DNA of 64,000 nt. Source: Eledone cirrhosa (lineage: Eukaryota). The notes under the pieces were generated by a model that saw only the letters and a program-made list of their open reading frames with translations, made no database searches and was not told the origin of the DNA. The translations under genes and the position numbers were made by a program. The stretch's first letter is position 1, and each line of letters opens with the position of its first letter. Location: contig OZ024743.1 of NCBI GenBank assembly GCA_964016885.1, positions 162,750,001 through 162,814,000 on the forward strand. The letters run 5' to 3'. Shown here piece after piece: positions 1-12,659 of the stretch.

Positions 1-500
1 TAATTTAGACACTATAATTTATATTATATCAGATATTTTCACTGAGTGATACAAGGTATGGTAATGTAATATTATAGTGTACTTAGTAACATTATAGGTG
101 TTGAGTGATATGGAGCATGGTTATTAAATATTGGATGTAGTAGCTGGGTGGTACAAGATGGGGTATATAGCAAATATGAGAAAAAAAACCCTTGAAACTA
201 GTTGATAATAAAATAAGTTTATGCGAGGTAAGATGTGAGATCTGATGATTCAGATAGGGTCCTTCTTTGAAGATTGTATATCAGCTAAATATGCACACCC
301 TTTCTTGTAATTTAACACCCACACTCACTCAACTATCATACCATGACACCACCACTGACCCTACACCATTACTAAGACCACATGTAGTTTAAAGCCAAGC
401 CTAACAGCTTTTTTCTCTACTTTTATTTCATTCTGTTGAATATTAAGAATAATTATTTTCATTTAACAATTATGGTTTCCCAATTTTTTTCTTCTCACAG

Positions 501-636
501 ATATACTCATGTGGAAGCCGAGTGTCCTTTTATTACATATGAGGAACTTCTTGACCGTATTGAGCATCTAGTATGTGATGTTGTTGACCGATTGTTAAAA
601 TCTCCATTTAAAGATCTTGTCTATGAACTGAATCCA
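501..636 (+). CDS. NARS1: Asparaginyl-tRNA synthetase (cytoplasmic), internal coding exon; gene begins upstream of the window
   Basis: AG at 499-500, GTAAGT at 637; translates [45 protein letters not shown], matching the eukaryotic AsnRS catalytic domain just after motif 2. Confidence 0.95.
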
Positions 637-796
637 GTAAGTATCTTTAGTTCTGACAATATTTTGAAAGGATTTTGTTCCAGCATATAGCTACTGGTGT
701 CACATGGCACAGCAGTCACCATAGTTGGAGTTAAAGTTGGTCAGGTCATTCTGGTGATGTTCACACTAGCTGAAGTGACAATAACCAAGATCACCT

Positions 797-1450
797 TGAA
801 ATTATTGTGTACAGTGCTCAGGTGCACTACAACTCATCAAAGGTGCATTCTATAGTACATAGAATAGTGTTCAAATGTCAAGAAAATGAGCAGTGTATGA
901 GTCATGAAATACATGTGTGTGTGTGGGGGGGGGGGGTATCAGGTGTAGTGTTGGCGAATTTCAGGAAGCATGGAGGTTTTAAAGGATGCAGTGTCCTGGC
1001 AGCTAACAACTGATGCAGGTAGTTTGTTCCATGCTTCAGCAACTCTGAGCGTGAAAAAATGTTTCCGAAAGTCATGGGAGCTGTGCTGTTTTCTGACTTT
1101 GTGGACATGCCCACGTGTGTTAGACACAAGGAATTCAAAAAGGTGCTCAGGGTTGTTGTTGGCAAGATGGTTAATAATTTTGTGGGTGTTTACCAAGTCA
1201 GTTGCCAGACATCGGAGCTTCAATGTATCCATGCCCAGGGAAGCAAGGCGTTATGAGTATGGTAGATGCCTGATGGAGGCTATTCGCTTGGTTGCATGTC
1301 TCTGAACAGTTTCCAGGAGGTCAATGTTCTGGGCAAGATAGGGGGTTCCAGACTGGTGATGCAAATTCTAAGTGTGGCCGCCCCGTAACTATATACAGCT
1401 TTAAATAGATAACTGGAGAGCGGCTGACAAAGGTCTTGCTGAGTGATGCT
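797..1450 (-). mobile_element. CR1-like LINE 3' fragment
   Basis: Reverse complement of the 3' end of the copy at 46790-48790; RPHLEFASPVWNP and FRKHFFTLRVAEAWNKLP motifs. Confidence 0.85.
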
Positions 1451-1605
1451 GATATATGTTTATCAATAAAAAAAAAATCAAAGTTAAAACCCTGCCATCT
1501 ATTCATTGTCGATGAGTTAGCTGGAGAATAGTTCTGACAATTGTAATTATCTGAATTTTGATGAGAGTATAGACATCCTTTGTTTTTCGGTAGACCTGGT
1601 TACTT

Positions 1606-2020
1606 CATCATCATCACCATTTTACGTCCGTTCTTCCACGCTAGCATGGGTTAGACGGGTTGTCCTGTTGTGGGCAGTGTCCAGTCGGCTGACCTTGTCT
1701 TGCTCATACGGGAACTGATTCTGGCTTGATTTCTACAGCTGGATGCCGTTCCTAACACCAACCTCATTTACAGTGAGTGCTGGGTGCTTTTTTTCCGTGG
1801 TGCCTACACGTCCACTTTACAGTGTGAGCTGGGTGCTTTTTTGCCATGGCATGATAGGGACTCCAATCCCTATCATCTCATTTCTACAGCTAAGTAAACT
1901 GGAGCAATGTGAAATAAAGTGTCTTGCTCAAGGAAACAACACATCACCCAGTCCGAGAATTGAACTCACAACCTTTCGATTGCAAGCCCAATGCTCTAAC
2001 CACTAAGCCATGCGCCTTCA
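1606..2020 (-). mobile_element. tRNA-derived SINE with RTE-like 3' tail
   Basis: On the minus strand: A box tggcttagtgg, B box gttcaattc, ccttgagcaagacactt body, tail aacccatgctagcgtggaagaacggacgt(GAT)n shared with local RTE LINEs. Confidence 0.85.
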
Positions 2021-2067
2021 CCTTGAATATTCAATAAAGGTAACAAATGGTACAACTAAGAACAATA

Positions 2068-4478
2068 CTAGGTGCATTCAAAAAGTATCTGACTTTGTTT
2101 TCCCATCAAAACTAATGGTGGGTGGGAGGTGATGCCATTCTTCCTGCATATGTGTGCAAATGTTCATGCCAGTAGATCACGACAGTTCCTGGCTGTTACA
2201 CCTAGAGTACAGATCTGTAGCACATGCTTGTCATATTTTTGTTTTCACACAAGATGACCGAATGCATCAAGTTTTACCAAAACTTGGTGATACTGAAGCT
2301 CCAACTACCCAGAAGATTCAGCAGGCCTTTGGTGATGATGCCATGGGAAAACTCAGGTCAAGGAGTGGTACAACCGCTTCAAACATGGCCTTACCTCAGT
2401 GGAGAGTGAGGCATGCTCAAGCAGGTCATCCACAAACTGAAACGAAGAGACAATTGAGAATGTTCGGCGAATAGTCATGGAAGACCATCGTGTAACAATC
2501 CAGAAAATTGTCCACGAAGTTGGAATAAGCACAGGATCAGTGCATTCCATTTTAACGGAAGATTTGTGCATACAGAGAGTCTCATCAAAATTCATCCGGG
2601 TTATTCCATATCAAATCACCCAGTTTCAGAAAAATTTCCCAGGTTACCCCCGTCAGATCCCCCTGAAAAAAATTGTACTAACTCCTGATGGAAAAACATC
2701 AAGTATTAGGTCAATATCTTTGATAGTTTTGAAATTGTAGTTATTTAAAATATTAATTAATTATACATATTTTTCCGAACGAGCCTCTCGGACTAACTTG
2801 AGACAGCCATTTCTCCTCTAATAAGGTAAGCACAACTTTGAAATCATGTGTTTGCCGCTAACTTTTTCTGTAGAGTCAAATATCTTATCAAATCAAGTGT
2901 ATTTTGTATATTTTTCCATCTACAGGCCTCTGAAAATTACCAAGAATTAAACATACAGCAAATGTATGCCATTTTTAGGTATTTCTATCTCAATAGGTAC
3001 ACTAGATAAAGCGACCATAATTGTTTTCCTGTTACTTAGCATATAGTAGACTATTTCTGAGCAGTAACCATGTTAGTTACTATTATGGGAGTGTCAAAAT
3101 AAGTTTTTGAAATATGTGCATTTTTAAAAAATGCATGCAACATCCTATTTTATATCCATGCTTTATGAATAAGTTGATCCTGTACAAAGCGTTAACAATT
3201 TCTAAAAATTCACAACTCTGAAAAGAAGCTCAGTAACAAAACCAAATTTCTGTCACATCATCTTCAGAAGTATAAGAATGCATGGTAAAAATTTGAAAAT
3301 AATAGTGAACTGCCCACATGGTCAACTAAGGGCTTCAAATGGGCATTTTTTGAAATCGCACATATTTCAAAAACTTATTCTGACACTCCCATAATAGTAA
3401 TTAACATAGTTACTGCTCAGAAATGGTCTACTATATGCTAAGTAACAGGAAAACAATTATGGTCACTTTATCTAGTGTACCTATTAAGATAGAAATACCT
3501 AAAAATGGCATACATTTGCTGTACGTTTAATTCTTGGCAATTTTCAGAGGTCTGTAGATGGAAAAATATACAAAATACACTTGATTTGATAAGATATTTG
3601 ACTCTACAGGAAAAGGTAGCCCCAAACACATGATTTGAAAGTTGTGCTTACCTTATTAGAGGAGAAATGGTTGTCTCAAGTTGGTACGAGAGGCTCATTC
3701 GGAAAAAAGTGTATAATTAATTAATATTTTAAAGGCCTACAATTTCAAAACTATCAAAATGTTTTTCCATCATATAGGTACAGGAGCTAGTATGAATTTT
3801 TTCAGGGGGATATGAGGGGTGACCTGGGATATTTTTCTGAAACTGGGTGATTTGATATGGAATGACTCATCCCCAAGGTGCTGGCGGAGCAGCAAAAGCA
3901 ACTCTGCATGTAAATCACTCAGGACATGCCGAACTGTGCAAATTAAGACCCAGACTTTATGAAGACCATCATTGCTGATGATGAGAGATGGGTTTATGAT
4001 TACAACCCGGAAACCAAGTTCCAGTACTCCCAATGGAAGCATCCATCATTACTAAGGCCCCAAAAAGTATGACAGGTTTACGGAAACGTGACGGTAATGT
4101 TGACATGTTTCTTTGACTCCCGTGATATTGTGCATCATGAATATGCACCACAAAGCCAAACAATCAATAAGGAATACCACCTGGAGGTTATATGTTAGCA
4201 TCATGATGCTGTGTGTTGAAAGCAGCGGGACATGTGGGTGGTGAAGAATTGGCAACTTCACTACAATGTACCCACTCATTCCACCCACATAATCCAAGCT
4301 TTCCTAGTCAAGAACAACACATCACTTGTTCAACAGGCTCCCTACTCTTCCAACTTGGCACCATGTGACTTATGGCTCTTCCCCAACTTGAAAACCATGC
4401 TGAAAGGGAAGTGATTTGAGTTGCAAGAAGAAATTATGAGAAAAGTTACAGTGGAGCTCCATAGCATTCCAGAGTGGT
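2068..4478 (+). mobile_element. Decayed mariner (DD34D) transposon, interrupted at 2598-3868 and 3'-truncated
   Basis: TA followed by ctaggtgcattcaaaaagt TIR; RVSSKFI/PKVL, IADDERWVY and PYSSNLAPCDLWLFPNLK motifs; many stops and frameshifts. Confidence 0.88.
2598..3868. mobile_element. Non-autonomous foldback DNA transposon with about 530-bp TIRs (Sola2-like termini)
   Basis: Arms 2598-~3134 and ~3343-3868 are reverse complements; termini GGG...CTC; 4-bp TSD ATCC at 2594-2597 and 3869-3872. Confidence 0.85.
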
Positions 4479-4482
4479 GAGA

Positions 4483-5660
4483 AAGCATCCGAACGACTGC
4501 ATATCATCCTGCCTCTAATGGAATGGTGGAGCGTTTCCACCGACAACTAAAAGCCGCTCTATGGATTTCTCCTGACTCTACGCGTTGGAGCGAATACCTC
4601 CCTATTGTGTTGTTGGGGATTCGGTCAACAATAAAGGAGGATAAAATAACTTGTTATATGGTGCTCCTCTAGCGTTACCTGTCGATCTTGCTGCACAAGA
4701 TCCGCTTTCCTACATATCCCGTCTGCAAACTGTAAAATCTGCAGTCCTGAGGGATATTGCCTCGTGGACCCATGTATTTGTGAGAAACGATGCTGTGGGA
4801 CCACCTCTCACACAACCATACTCTGGACCCTACCGTGTATTAGCTCGTTCAGAGAAACATTTCACTGTAGACATTAAGGTTTCCAGAGAGACAGTTTCGA
4901 TTGATAGACTCAAACGAGCACATTTGGACACAGATGCTATCACACCTGAGCCACAAACGCCCCCGTCTTTTTCTTTTGCACACACACCTGCTTCTTCGTC
5001 GTCGTCCCTCCCCCCATCACCAAGATATAAGACTACGACCCATTCCGGTCGGAGGGTTCATTGGCCAAAAAAACTGTGTAGCACTGTATATTTTTAAACT
5101 GCTATTGTGCGGTGTTTTAATCCTGTATTGACTATTGGAACTTTTAGGAAATTGTATTTACATTTTATTACATTTGTTTTTTTCCTTTCTCGTTCTTGCA
5201 TGCTTGTTTCATATGTTCTTTTGAAATTTGTGGTGCCCTTCATGCTCGGTTGGGCTGATTGCTCCTTGGTTTGGGATTTTTGCTGGTTGCTAATCGATTT
5301 TTCTACATACATGATCCGATGAACCTTTTCTAAAAATCTGGTGGGAGGCCATGTAGAAGATCACGCCACCTAGCGTCGACTTTGGAGGCAGTTGATTAAC
5401 TGCCCTTAGTTCTGACGTCAGTAGCTGAATAAACTCTCTTAGGCTTTTTGTATCTCGAAGTGAACAGACGTGTTTCCACACAGCGACATCACACCATGCG
5501 GTCACGGAATAATTGAAGACCGCTAATTAATGATAATTGGCAATTACCCAACCTAGGAGCACTGATGTGATAACCATTTTATAATTTGCTCTAATTAAAA
5601 TGTTCACGTAAAATAATCTCGAGGTATGTTCTTTTTTGTTTGATGATGTGCCAGCCTATA
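4483..5660 (+). mobile_element. Ty3/Gypsy 3' remnant: integrase C-terminus, 3' UTR, PPT and probable LTR
   Basis: [22 protein letters not shown] and PYSGPYRV (GPY/F) motifs; PPT aaaaatctggtgggaggcca followed by TGTAG at 5352; right end uncertain. Confidence 0.8.
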
Positions 5661-5714
5661 CATATATTCAATTAGGCGGGATGTCTGACCAACCCACCTA
5701 AACATACAATGACA

Positions 5715-6520
5715 GAAAAATTGAGCTTAGTTTCACACTACACAGACAAAGAAACAGAAGACAGTCTGCAATTATTGTTACAGACTTTGCAGATAACTTG
5801 GCCCTGCTAACTGAAGAGATAGATCAGGCACAAGAGGCATTAAACAGATTAGAGAGGGGGCAGCAAAGGTTGGATTGCAGTGCAATGAGAAGAAAACAGA
5901 GTTGCAAGTCTTCCATTATGATGCACCTTTTGATATCACAGTAAAAAGTGGAGAAATGTTGAAAGTTGTTGATAACTTTAAATATCTAATATTCTAGACT
6001 TAAAGTTCTGAAAAAGACATCTCAGTAAGAAAAGAGCTAACATGGACAGCATGCCATAAATTAAAAACAATATAGAGCTTCAAGCTATCAAGAAGACTGA
6101 AGGTTAGATTGTTCATGGCTTGTACAGTAGAATCTCTTTTGCGTTATGGAGTAGAAACATGGTCACTTATAAATGCCCTAAAGAAACAATTAGATGGATG
6201 CTACATCAGAATGTTTAGACCTGCACTCAATGTGTCATGGAGAAGCCATGTAACAAATGTAGAACTTTATGATGATCTCCCAAAAGTTTTGTTAAAAGTT
6301 GGATATGACTCACAGGCCACTACATCAGACACAATGATGAGGTGGCAAACAAGTTAGTGCTCGGGCAACCTACTGAGCGAAGAACCTGTAGGAGAAAAAT
6401 CATCTACATGGACACTCTGCTAATAGACACAGAGAATGAGAGTAGAGGAGCTGAAGACCATCAGGAAAGAGGCCGTGGCAAATGGAAGCGATGTGTTGGA
6501 CATCTCACTGTATGACTGAA
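5715..6520 (+). mobile_element. Decayed RTE-type LINE 3' fragment
   Basis: DFADNLALL, FKYL and VESLLRYGVETWSL motifs. Confidence 0.7.
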
Positions 6521-7038
6521 GATAGGATGGATAGTCGTGGTTGTAATTATACAGCACTCTCCATCATGCTAATGTTATTTATATTGGGAAGATGTTGCTG
6601 CCAAAGCATATTTTGTCTGTCATCCATAATGATGGATCTTTTGACACAGAAATAGATATAATTCAATCAAAATGCTTTGAAAATTTTTCCCAATTCACTT
6701 CTATTTCCATAAACGTTTTTTTTTTTATTGTTGTATATATATTTTACCAATTATACATTTATTTTTCTATTGTAACATAGGTTGAATAATTTTGCAAATT
6801 TTTCTGATTTTGATACAATAAATTATACAAGAAAAAAACCTCTTATAGAAAACATTCAAATAAGAAGTAATGTTGCTATATTTTTATCCAGGTTAACCAA
6901 GACAAACAACATGAATATGACGTGTTCAAAAACACATTGTAATTTCTCTGAAATCTATTTTGAGAAATCTCTTCCTTCTAGCTGATTGCTTTGTTTTAAC
7001 ATCAATAATCTATAAATTTTTGTTTGTGTTTTTTCTAG

Positions 7039-7152
7039 ACTTTCAAACCTCCTAAACGTCCTTTCAGAAGAATGGATTATAAAGATGCTATTGTATATCT
7101 GAAGGAGCATGACATTCGAAAAGAGGATGGTACTTTCTATGAATTTGGAGAG
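7039..7152 (+). CDS. NARS1: AsnRS coding exon
   Basis: ttttctag acceptor, gttagt donor; TFKPPKRPFRRMDYKDAIVYLKEHDIRKEDGTFYEFGE, in phase with the previous exon. Confidence 0.95.
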
Positions 7153-7189
7153 GTTAGTATTATTGATTATACCATGGCATATATATATA

Positions 7190-7788
7190 TAATTTATGTT
7201 AGGATGTTTACCAATGGACCGAACTGGTGGTTCGGGTTGGTAAACGATGATGCAATAAATTAAAGCACTAAACGTTATGCAAATCATCCATCATAGATGT
7301 GGTATCCCGTGACTGGTGCAGAAACAGAGTTAAGTATTCATTAAAACAACAACAGAAGGCCGGACTGGAAAATTTACTTTTGAATGACAAGATTAAAATC
7401 TCTGGTGTTAGAAGACCTGCCTTCCCATGTGCACCAGTTGAAACATACACCACTACTGTCCCCACCCTTCACCAGATAAGTGCCCCACCCTAGATCTACC
7501 TCTCCAATCCCCACATACTTCCCCAGCCCCCAGTCCACACATTTTGGTACCACGACAAAAAGCATCCAGCCCACACTGAAAAGTGGTCATGTAGGTGTCA
7601 CAGCAAAAAGCACCCAGTACACTGTAAATGTGGTTGGTGTTAGGAAGGGCATTCAGCCATAGAAACCAAACCAGAAACAGTTCTGTATAAGCAAGACACG
7701 GTCACCTGATCTGACTTATCTCACAACAGGATAACTCGTCTAATGCTAGCATGGAAAAATGGACATTAAACAGTGATGTGATGATGAT
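7190..7788 (+). mobile_element. RTE LINE 3' fragment with 3' UTR
   Basis: Degenerate C-terminal coding sequence, ggtgttaggaagggcattc motif, gcatggaaaaatggacattaaa(GAT)n tail. Confidence 0.65.
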
Positions 7789-7802
7789 TATGTATGTATG
7801 TG

Positions 7803-7844
<42 letters not shown>

Positions 7845-8089
7845 TGAATATGATACATAATTTGGAGAATCCGTTGAGATAAGTTCAAGTTTATTATTAT
7901 TCGTATCTCCAAGAATTTTTCGGTTCGCATGAGATTTGTACATATTTATATATATATGTAGGTATGTGACATGTATAGATGTATGTATATATGTGTATGT
8001 GTATGTATATGTAATGTGAATGTTAATATTTAAATTTGTGCGTATACTCATATTTCCTTCTCATTTCCCACCCACCCGCCCCACCTCCA

Positions 8090-10197
8090 CCACGTTTGGT
8101 ATACATGCCCAACGCTGTACGATAACCGCACCCTTGTGAATATATTATCAAACAGACAAGGGGTGGACGGAGGCTTCGTAAGCCGTAGTGTAGGCAACCC
8201 GTCTAGGAGAGCTACCACTCCGAATAAATTGGTGCGGGGTAGAGAAGTCCCCTAAGTCCAGTAAGACAACTTCCCTAATGCTGTGGCACGAATAAAAGCA
8301 CCCAGTCCATGCTGTAAAATGGAGGGGTAAAGACGGCCCTGAGTCCAGTAAGACAACTTCCCTAATGCTGGTGGCACGAATAAAAGCACCCAGTCCATGC
8401 TGTAAAATGGAGGGGTAGATAGGGCCCCTGAGTCCTGTAAGACGATCTCTCTAGTGCTGGTGGCACGAATAAAAGCACCCAGTTCATGCTGTAAAGTGGT
8501 GCTGGTGTTAGGAAGGGCTTCCAACCAGTATATACACTACTGCCAAACACTATGAGCACAACGATTGAAATTTGCAACAACAGTGTAAACAGCAATAACA
8601 CTAACCATGTTAGGACTGCGCACAGTAGTGGGGTGGCTGGTGTGGCCATGTGCGAGAACCCCCCGACCGTCATCAAGCAATCGCACAAAAACAACTGCGT
8701 AAACAACAATAACACTAACCATGTTAGGGCTGCGCACGGTAGTGGGGTGGCTAGTGAGGCTATGTGTGAGAACCCCACGACCGTCATCAGGCAATCACAC
8801 AACAGGAAAAAGAACAAGAATATGAAGACGTCGCATCTAAGAGTTGCCACACTTAATGTTGGCACACTAACAGGTAGATCTGGTGAGATAGTGTAGATGC
8901 TGGAGAGAAGGCATGTGGATCTGTGCTGCGAGCAAGAGGTGAGATGGAGAGGTGCCTCTGCAAGACTAATCGCAGGCAAACATCGTAGTTATAAGCTTTT
9001 CTGGGTGGGTAATGATGATGGGTTAGGTGGGGTGGGCATATTACTGGCTGAGAGGTGGATCAATAAGACAATGGAGGTAGGTAGAGTTAGTGATACAATA
9101 ATTAAGCTTAGATTAGTTGTAGGCAAGAGACTACTGACAATCATCTCTACCTATGCTCCCCAGGCAGGCCTAGGAAAAGAAGAGAAAGACTGCTTTTACG
9201 AGCAACTTTTACAAACAGCCTCAATGACAGAGGATAGAGACATCATTATGCTAGCAGGGGACTTCAATAGACAAGTTGGACAGCTCCAGGATGGATACAC
9301 TGGGGTACATGGTGGGCACGGTTACGGCTCAAGAAATGAAGGAGTGAGGCGTCTTGAATTTTGTGATGCAAATGCACTAACCATTTGCAACACTAACTTC
9401 CAGAAGCCTACCAACCACCTAATAACCTACAAATCAGGCGAGCACATAAGCCAGATTGACTTCCTGCTAGTTAGACAGCGAGACAGACAGATGGTGTCAA
9501 ATACTAAGGCATACTCTGGGGAAGAATGTACCACGCAGCATAGGTTAGTCATTAGTGACATCTCAGTAAGCATGAGAAAGAATGAGACGTACAGGAAGGT
9601 GTGGAAAAGAAAGGTCTGGAAGCTAAAAGACCTTTCATTAAAATATAAATTTAGCAAAGCCCTTCAAGACGTGTATGACGAAAAAGAAGACGATTTAGAG
9701 TTGTATGAGATAGATGATAACTGGAATTTCTTGCGTGACAACTTACTGCAGGCTACTGAAGAAACTTGTGGTTATATATGGTGGTGTCATACCCAAAGAC
9801 TGGTGCAGCAGTATTCTCATAAATTGCTACAAAGGTAATGGGGATGCTCTAGAGAGGAGTAATTATAGGGGCATAAAGCTGATGGATCAGATTATGAAAG
9901 TGGCAGAGAGAATATTAGCGCAACTGATTAGAGAAAGGGTCAAATTAGATGAGATGCAGTTTGGTTTTGTGCCTCGTAAAAGTACAACAGATGCCCTCTT
10001 CTTAGTGAGGCAACTACAAGAGAAGTTCTTAGAGAAGAATAAGCCACTATACTTAGCTTTTGTTGATCTAGAGAAGGCCTTTGATAGGGTACCCCGATCT
10101 GTCATCTGGTTCTCCCTAAGGAAATTAGGTGTAGAGGAATGGCTTGTGAGGGCAGTGCAAGCTATGTACAGAGGTGCTGTCAGTAAAGTGAGAGTTA
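8090..10197 (+). mobile_element. RTE LINE 5' part (UTR, AP endonuclease, partial RT) with internal deletion
   Basis: LRVATLNVGTL, QEVRW, AGDFN and SQIDFLL endonuclease motifs; NYRGI and FVDLEKAFDRVP RT motifs; premature stop at 8894. Confidence 0.92.
8250..8500 (+). repeat. About three tandem ~88-bp units in the RTE 5' UTR
   Basis: Repeated agtccagtaagacaacttccctaatgctggtggcacgaataaaagcacccagtccatgctgtaaa. Confidence 0.85.
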
Positions 10198-10662
10198 GAT
10201 GGGTTAGATGGCTCATCCATGTTATGAGACAAGTCTGGCCAATTGGCCGCTCCGTACCTTGCTCAAACAGAACTGTATTTTGTCTGTAATTTTTACTGCT
10301 GGTTGCCTTTCCTAACACCAACCATGTTTACAGTGTGGAACTGGGTGGTCCTGTTATGAGACAAATCTGGCCAGATAGCTGCACCGTACCTTGCACATAT
10401 CAAGACAGTGTGTTGGCTAGGTTTTTATGGCTGCTGAATGCCCTTCCTAACACTAATCATGTTTACATTGTGGAGCTGGGTGGCACTATGATGAGGAGAG
10501 TCTGGCCAGCTAGCCACGCCATACCCTACACATGGTGGAACATATTTTTGGAACTGAGTGCTCCCATTATGAGGGAGATCTGGCCAGTTGGCCATGCCAT
10601 GCTCATTGTGGGGCCATGTTTAGGCTCAGTTTTTATGCTGCTGGATACCCTTCCTATCGCCA
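10198..10662 (-). repeat. Three to four diverged ~130-bp tandem copies of RTE/SINE 3'-UTR sequence
   Basis: Recurring ttatgagacaagtctggcca and cccttcctaacac..accatgtttaca.tgtgga.ctgggtgg. Confidence 0.65.
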
Positions 10663-11384
10663 ATATATATATAATATACAATATATATATAAAGACTAGC
10701 AGTGAAGGAATGATATAACAAATAAAAATAATGTAACTAATTGTGTATTTTTCCGATATGAAAAATCTTAAGTTGGGTAAGAAGCTACTAACTAAACAAT
10801 GTTATTGTTAACCAGGTCAGCACTGTACTTTTATAACACACACACACACACACACATATCATCTCTTAGCTTATCTGATCTCTTTGAGGGGTAATGAAGG
10901 GCATGAGAAGGTTTGGTGAGTTGTCAACATTGTTAGTAGATAAAATGCCTGAAAGACTTTGTCAACAAAACATGTGTGCACACAGACACACATCACCTGA
11001 CTTGGTAGGCCTATGAAGACAAAAATTAAACTAAAAATCCTTCAAAACCATATCCCGGCCCTCCCAGTAAAACAACCTCCAACCTACTACAATTACTGGT
11101 ATGGGGGGATAGACGTCATCTCGCTGCAGCCATCTTATTACGTATGCTTGTGTGATAAATTTGTGTATCAACACTGAGACACAGTTTGGTAAAAGAATGA
11201 ATAAATGCCTGAGATAGCCTATACAAGTCATCACTGTCATTTTACATTCACTTTCCCTGCCGGCATGGGTTGGACATGACATTAATCACTCAGATTTATA
11301 GTTTTCATTTTAACCAGTTTATTAAATGAGTATATTTAACCGTTATGTTTATATATCAGCCATATTTAACTGCTATTATTGTAA

Positions 11385-11575
11385 GCGGTGGATTGGCAGT
11401 ATCGGTAGAGGGTCGGGCACCATGCTTTGAAGCATAGAGTTACCTCCCTTTATGATCTAAGTTCAAATCCCGCCGAAGTTAACTTTGCTTTTCATCCTTA
11501 CGGGGTCGATAAAATAAAGTACCAGTAATGCACTGGGATAATTGCTGGCCTGGTGCCAAAAGTAGAAACAATTAT
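11385..11575 (+). mobile_element. tRNA-derived SINE, second family
   Basis: gttcaaatcc B box then ctttgc.tttcatccttacggggtcgataaaataaagtaccagt core; many other copies in the window. Confidence 0.8.
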
Positions 11576-11695
11576 TGTAAGACTAGGATGAACAGCTTCT
11601 CTGTGGTAGCAGAAGCAAAATTTGTTTACCATCTCTTTTATGTACTTAATATTGTTCTTTGCTATTCCTATGATTAAATATTTTTCCTTCTTTAG

Positions 11696-11827
11696 GATAT
11701 TCCAGAAGCACCTGAAAGAAAAATGACAGACCAAATAAATGAACCAATACTTCTTTGTCGATTCCCAGCTGAAATTAAATCTTTTTATATGCAGAAATGT
11801 GCAGATGATCGTGCTGTCACTGAATCA
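11696..11827 (+). CDS. NARS1: AsnRS coding exon
   Basis: tttag acceptor, gtaggt donor; [44 protein letters not shown]. Confidence 0.95.
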
Positions 11828-11952
11828 GTAGGTTTTCTAAATATTTTTTGCATAGATCCTTTATCTTTTATGCATTAATCTATGCATAGTAGCTTTATGA
11901 GATGTTTTTAATGTAAAGTTGTTTAATGATATTGATATTGATATTGTTGTAG

Positions 11953-12084
11953 GTTGATTTGTTGATGCCAAATGTTGGTGAAATTGTTGGTGGCTCCATG
12001 AGGATGAATAATGAAAAAGAACTTCTTGATGCCTATAAAAGAGAAGGAATTGATTCAACCCCATATTATTGGTATACTGACCAG
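11953..12084 (+). CDS. NARS1: AsnRS coding exon
   Basis: ttgtag acceptor, gtaact donor; [44 protein letters not shown]. Confidence 0.95.
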
Positions 12085-12659
12085 GTAACTGTTGTTGTTG
12101 ATCAAAAGATGTCATGGTATATAATTAATTGATTAAATGCTTGAAAGTGTCTCAAAAGTCTAACACTGCAGATATGTCAGTTGATTTCATGCTTTATTTT
12201 AGAGGAGTGCAGTTCAACAGTCTAAATATATTGTATATGTTTGCTAAACTGTCAAAATGTGCGTTTATTGATCAGCCAAGATCAGTAACATAAATTTAGC
12301 TATCTGATTTAACGTCACTATCTGTTCCTCAGTTGCTTTTAGCAGAGTTCACTCTGTTGCAAGCATTTAGGTCTCCAGTCAGAGGATAACTGCATTGCTT
12401 CCCACTACAGTGATCTAGGGATCATGGTTTCTCTCCACTAATGTTTGAGAGCCTACAAAATATATCTATCCTCCTTTCTCTTTTGACTAAATCATAGAAT
12501 TTAAAAAGAACAGTCCCATTTCTTTAATGTTTCATTAAAGGTCTTGTAAATTAACTGAGGGTGTGAACCTAGAAAAGCAATTTGTTTTTGTATGTTTTGT
12601 GTTTGTCTGGATCAAATGGGAAAGTTAGTTTTGAGAGAAGCTGAGACAGATATATACTG

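Noticed and set aside
1940-2020. tRNA gene-like A and B boxes (also at 63600-63676 and in other SINE heads)
   Set aside because: They continue into a SINE body and tail; no complete cloverleaf was found
8362-8979. 205-aa hydrophobic minus-strand ORF
   Set aside because: Antisense shadow of the RTE 5' region and its internal duplication
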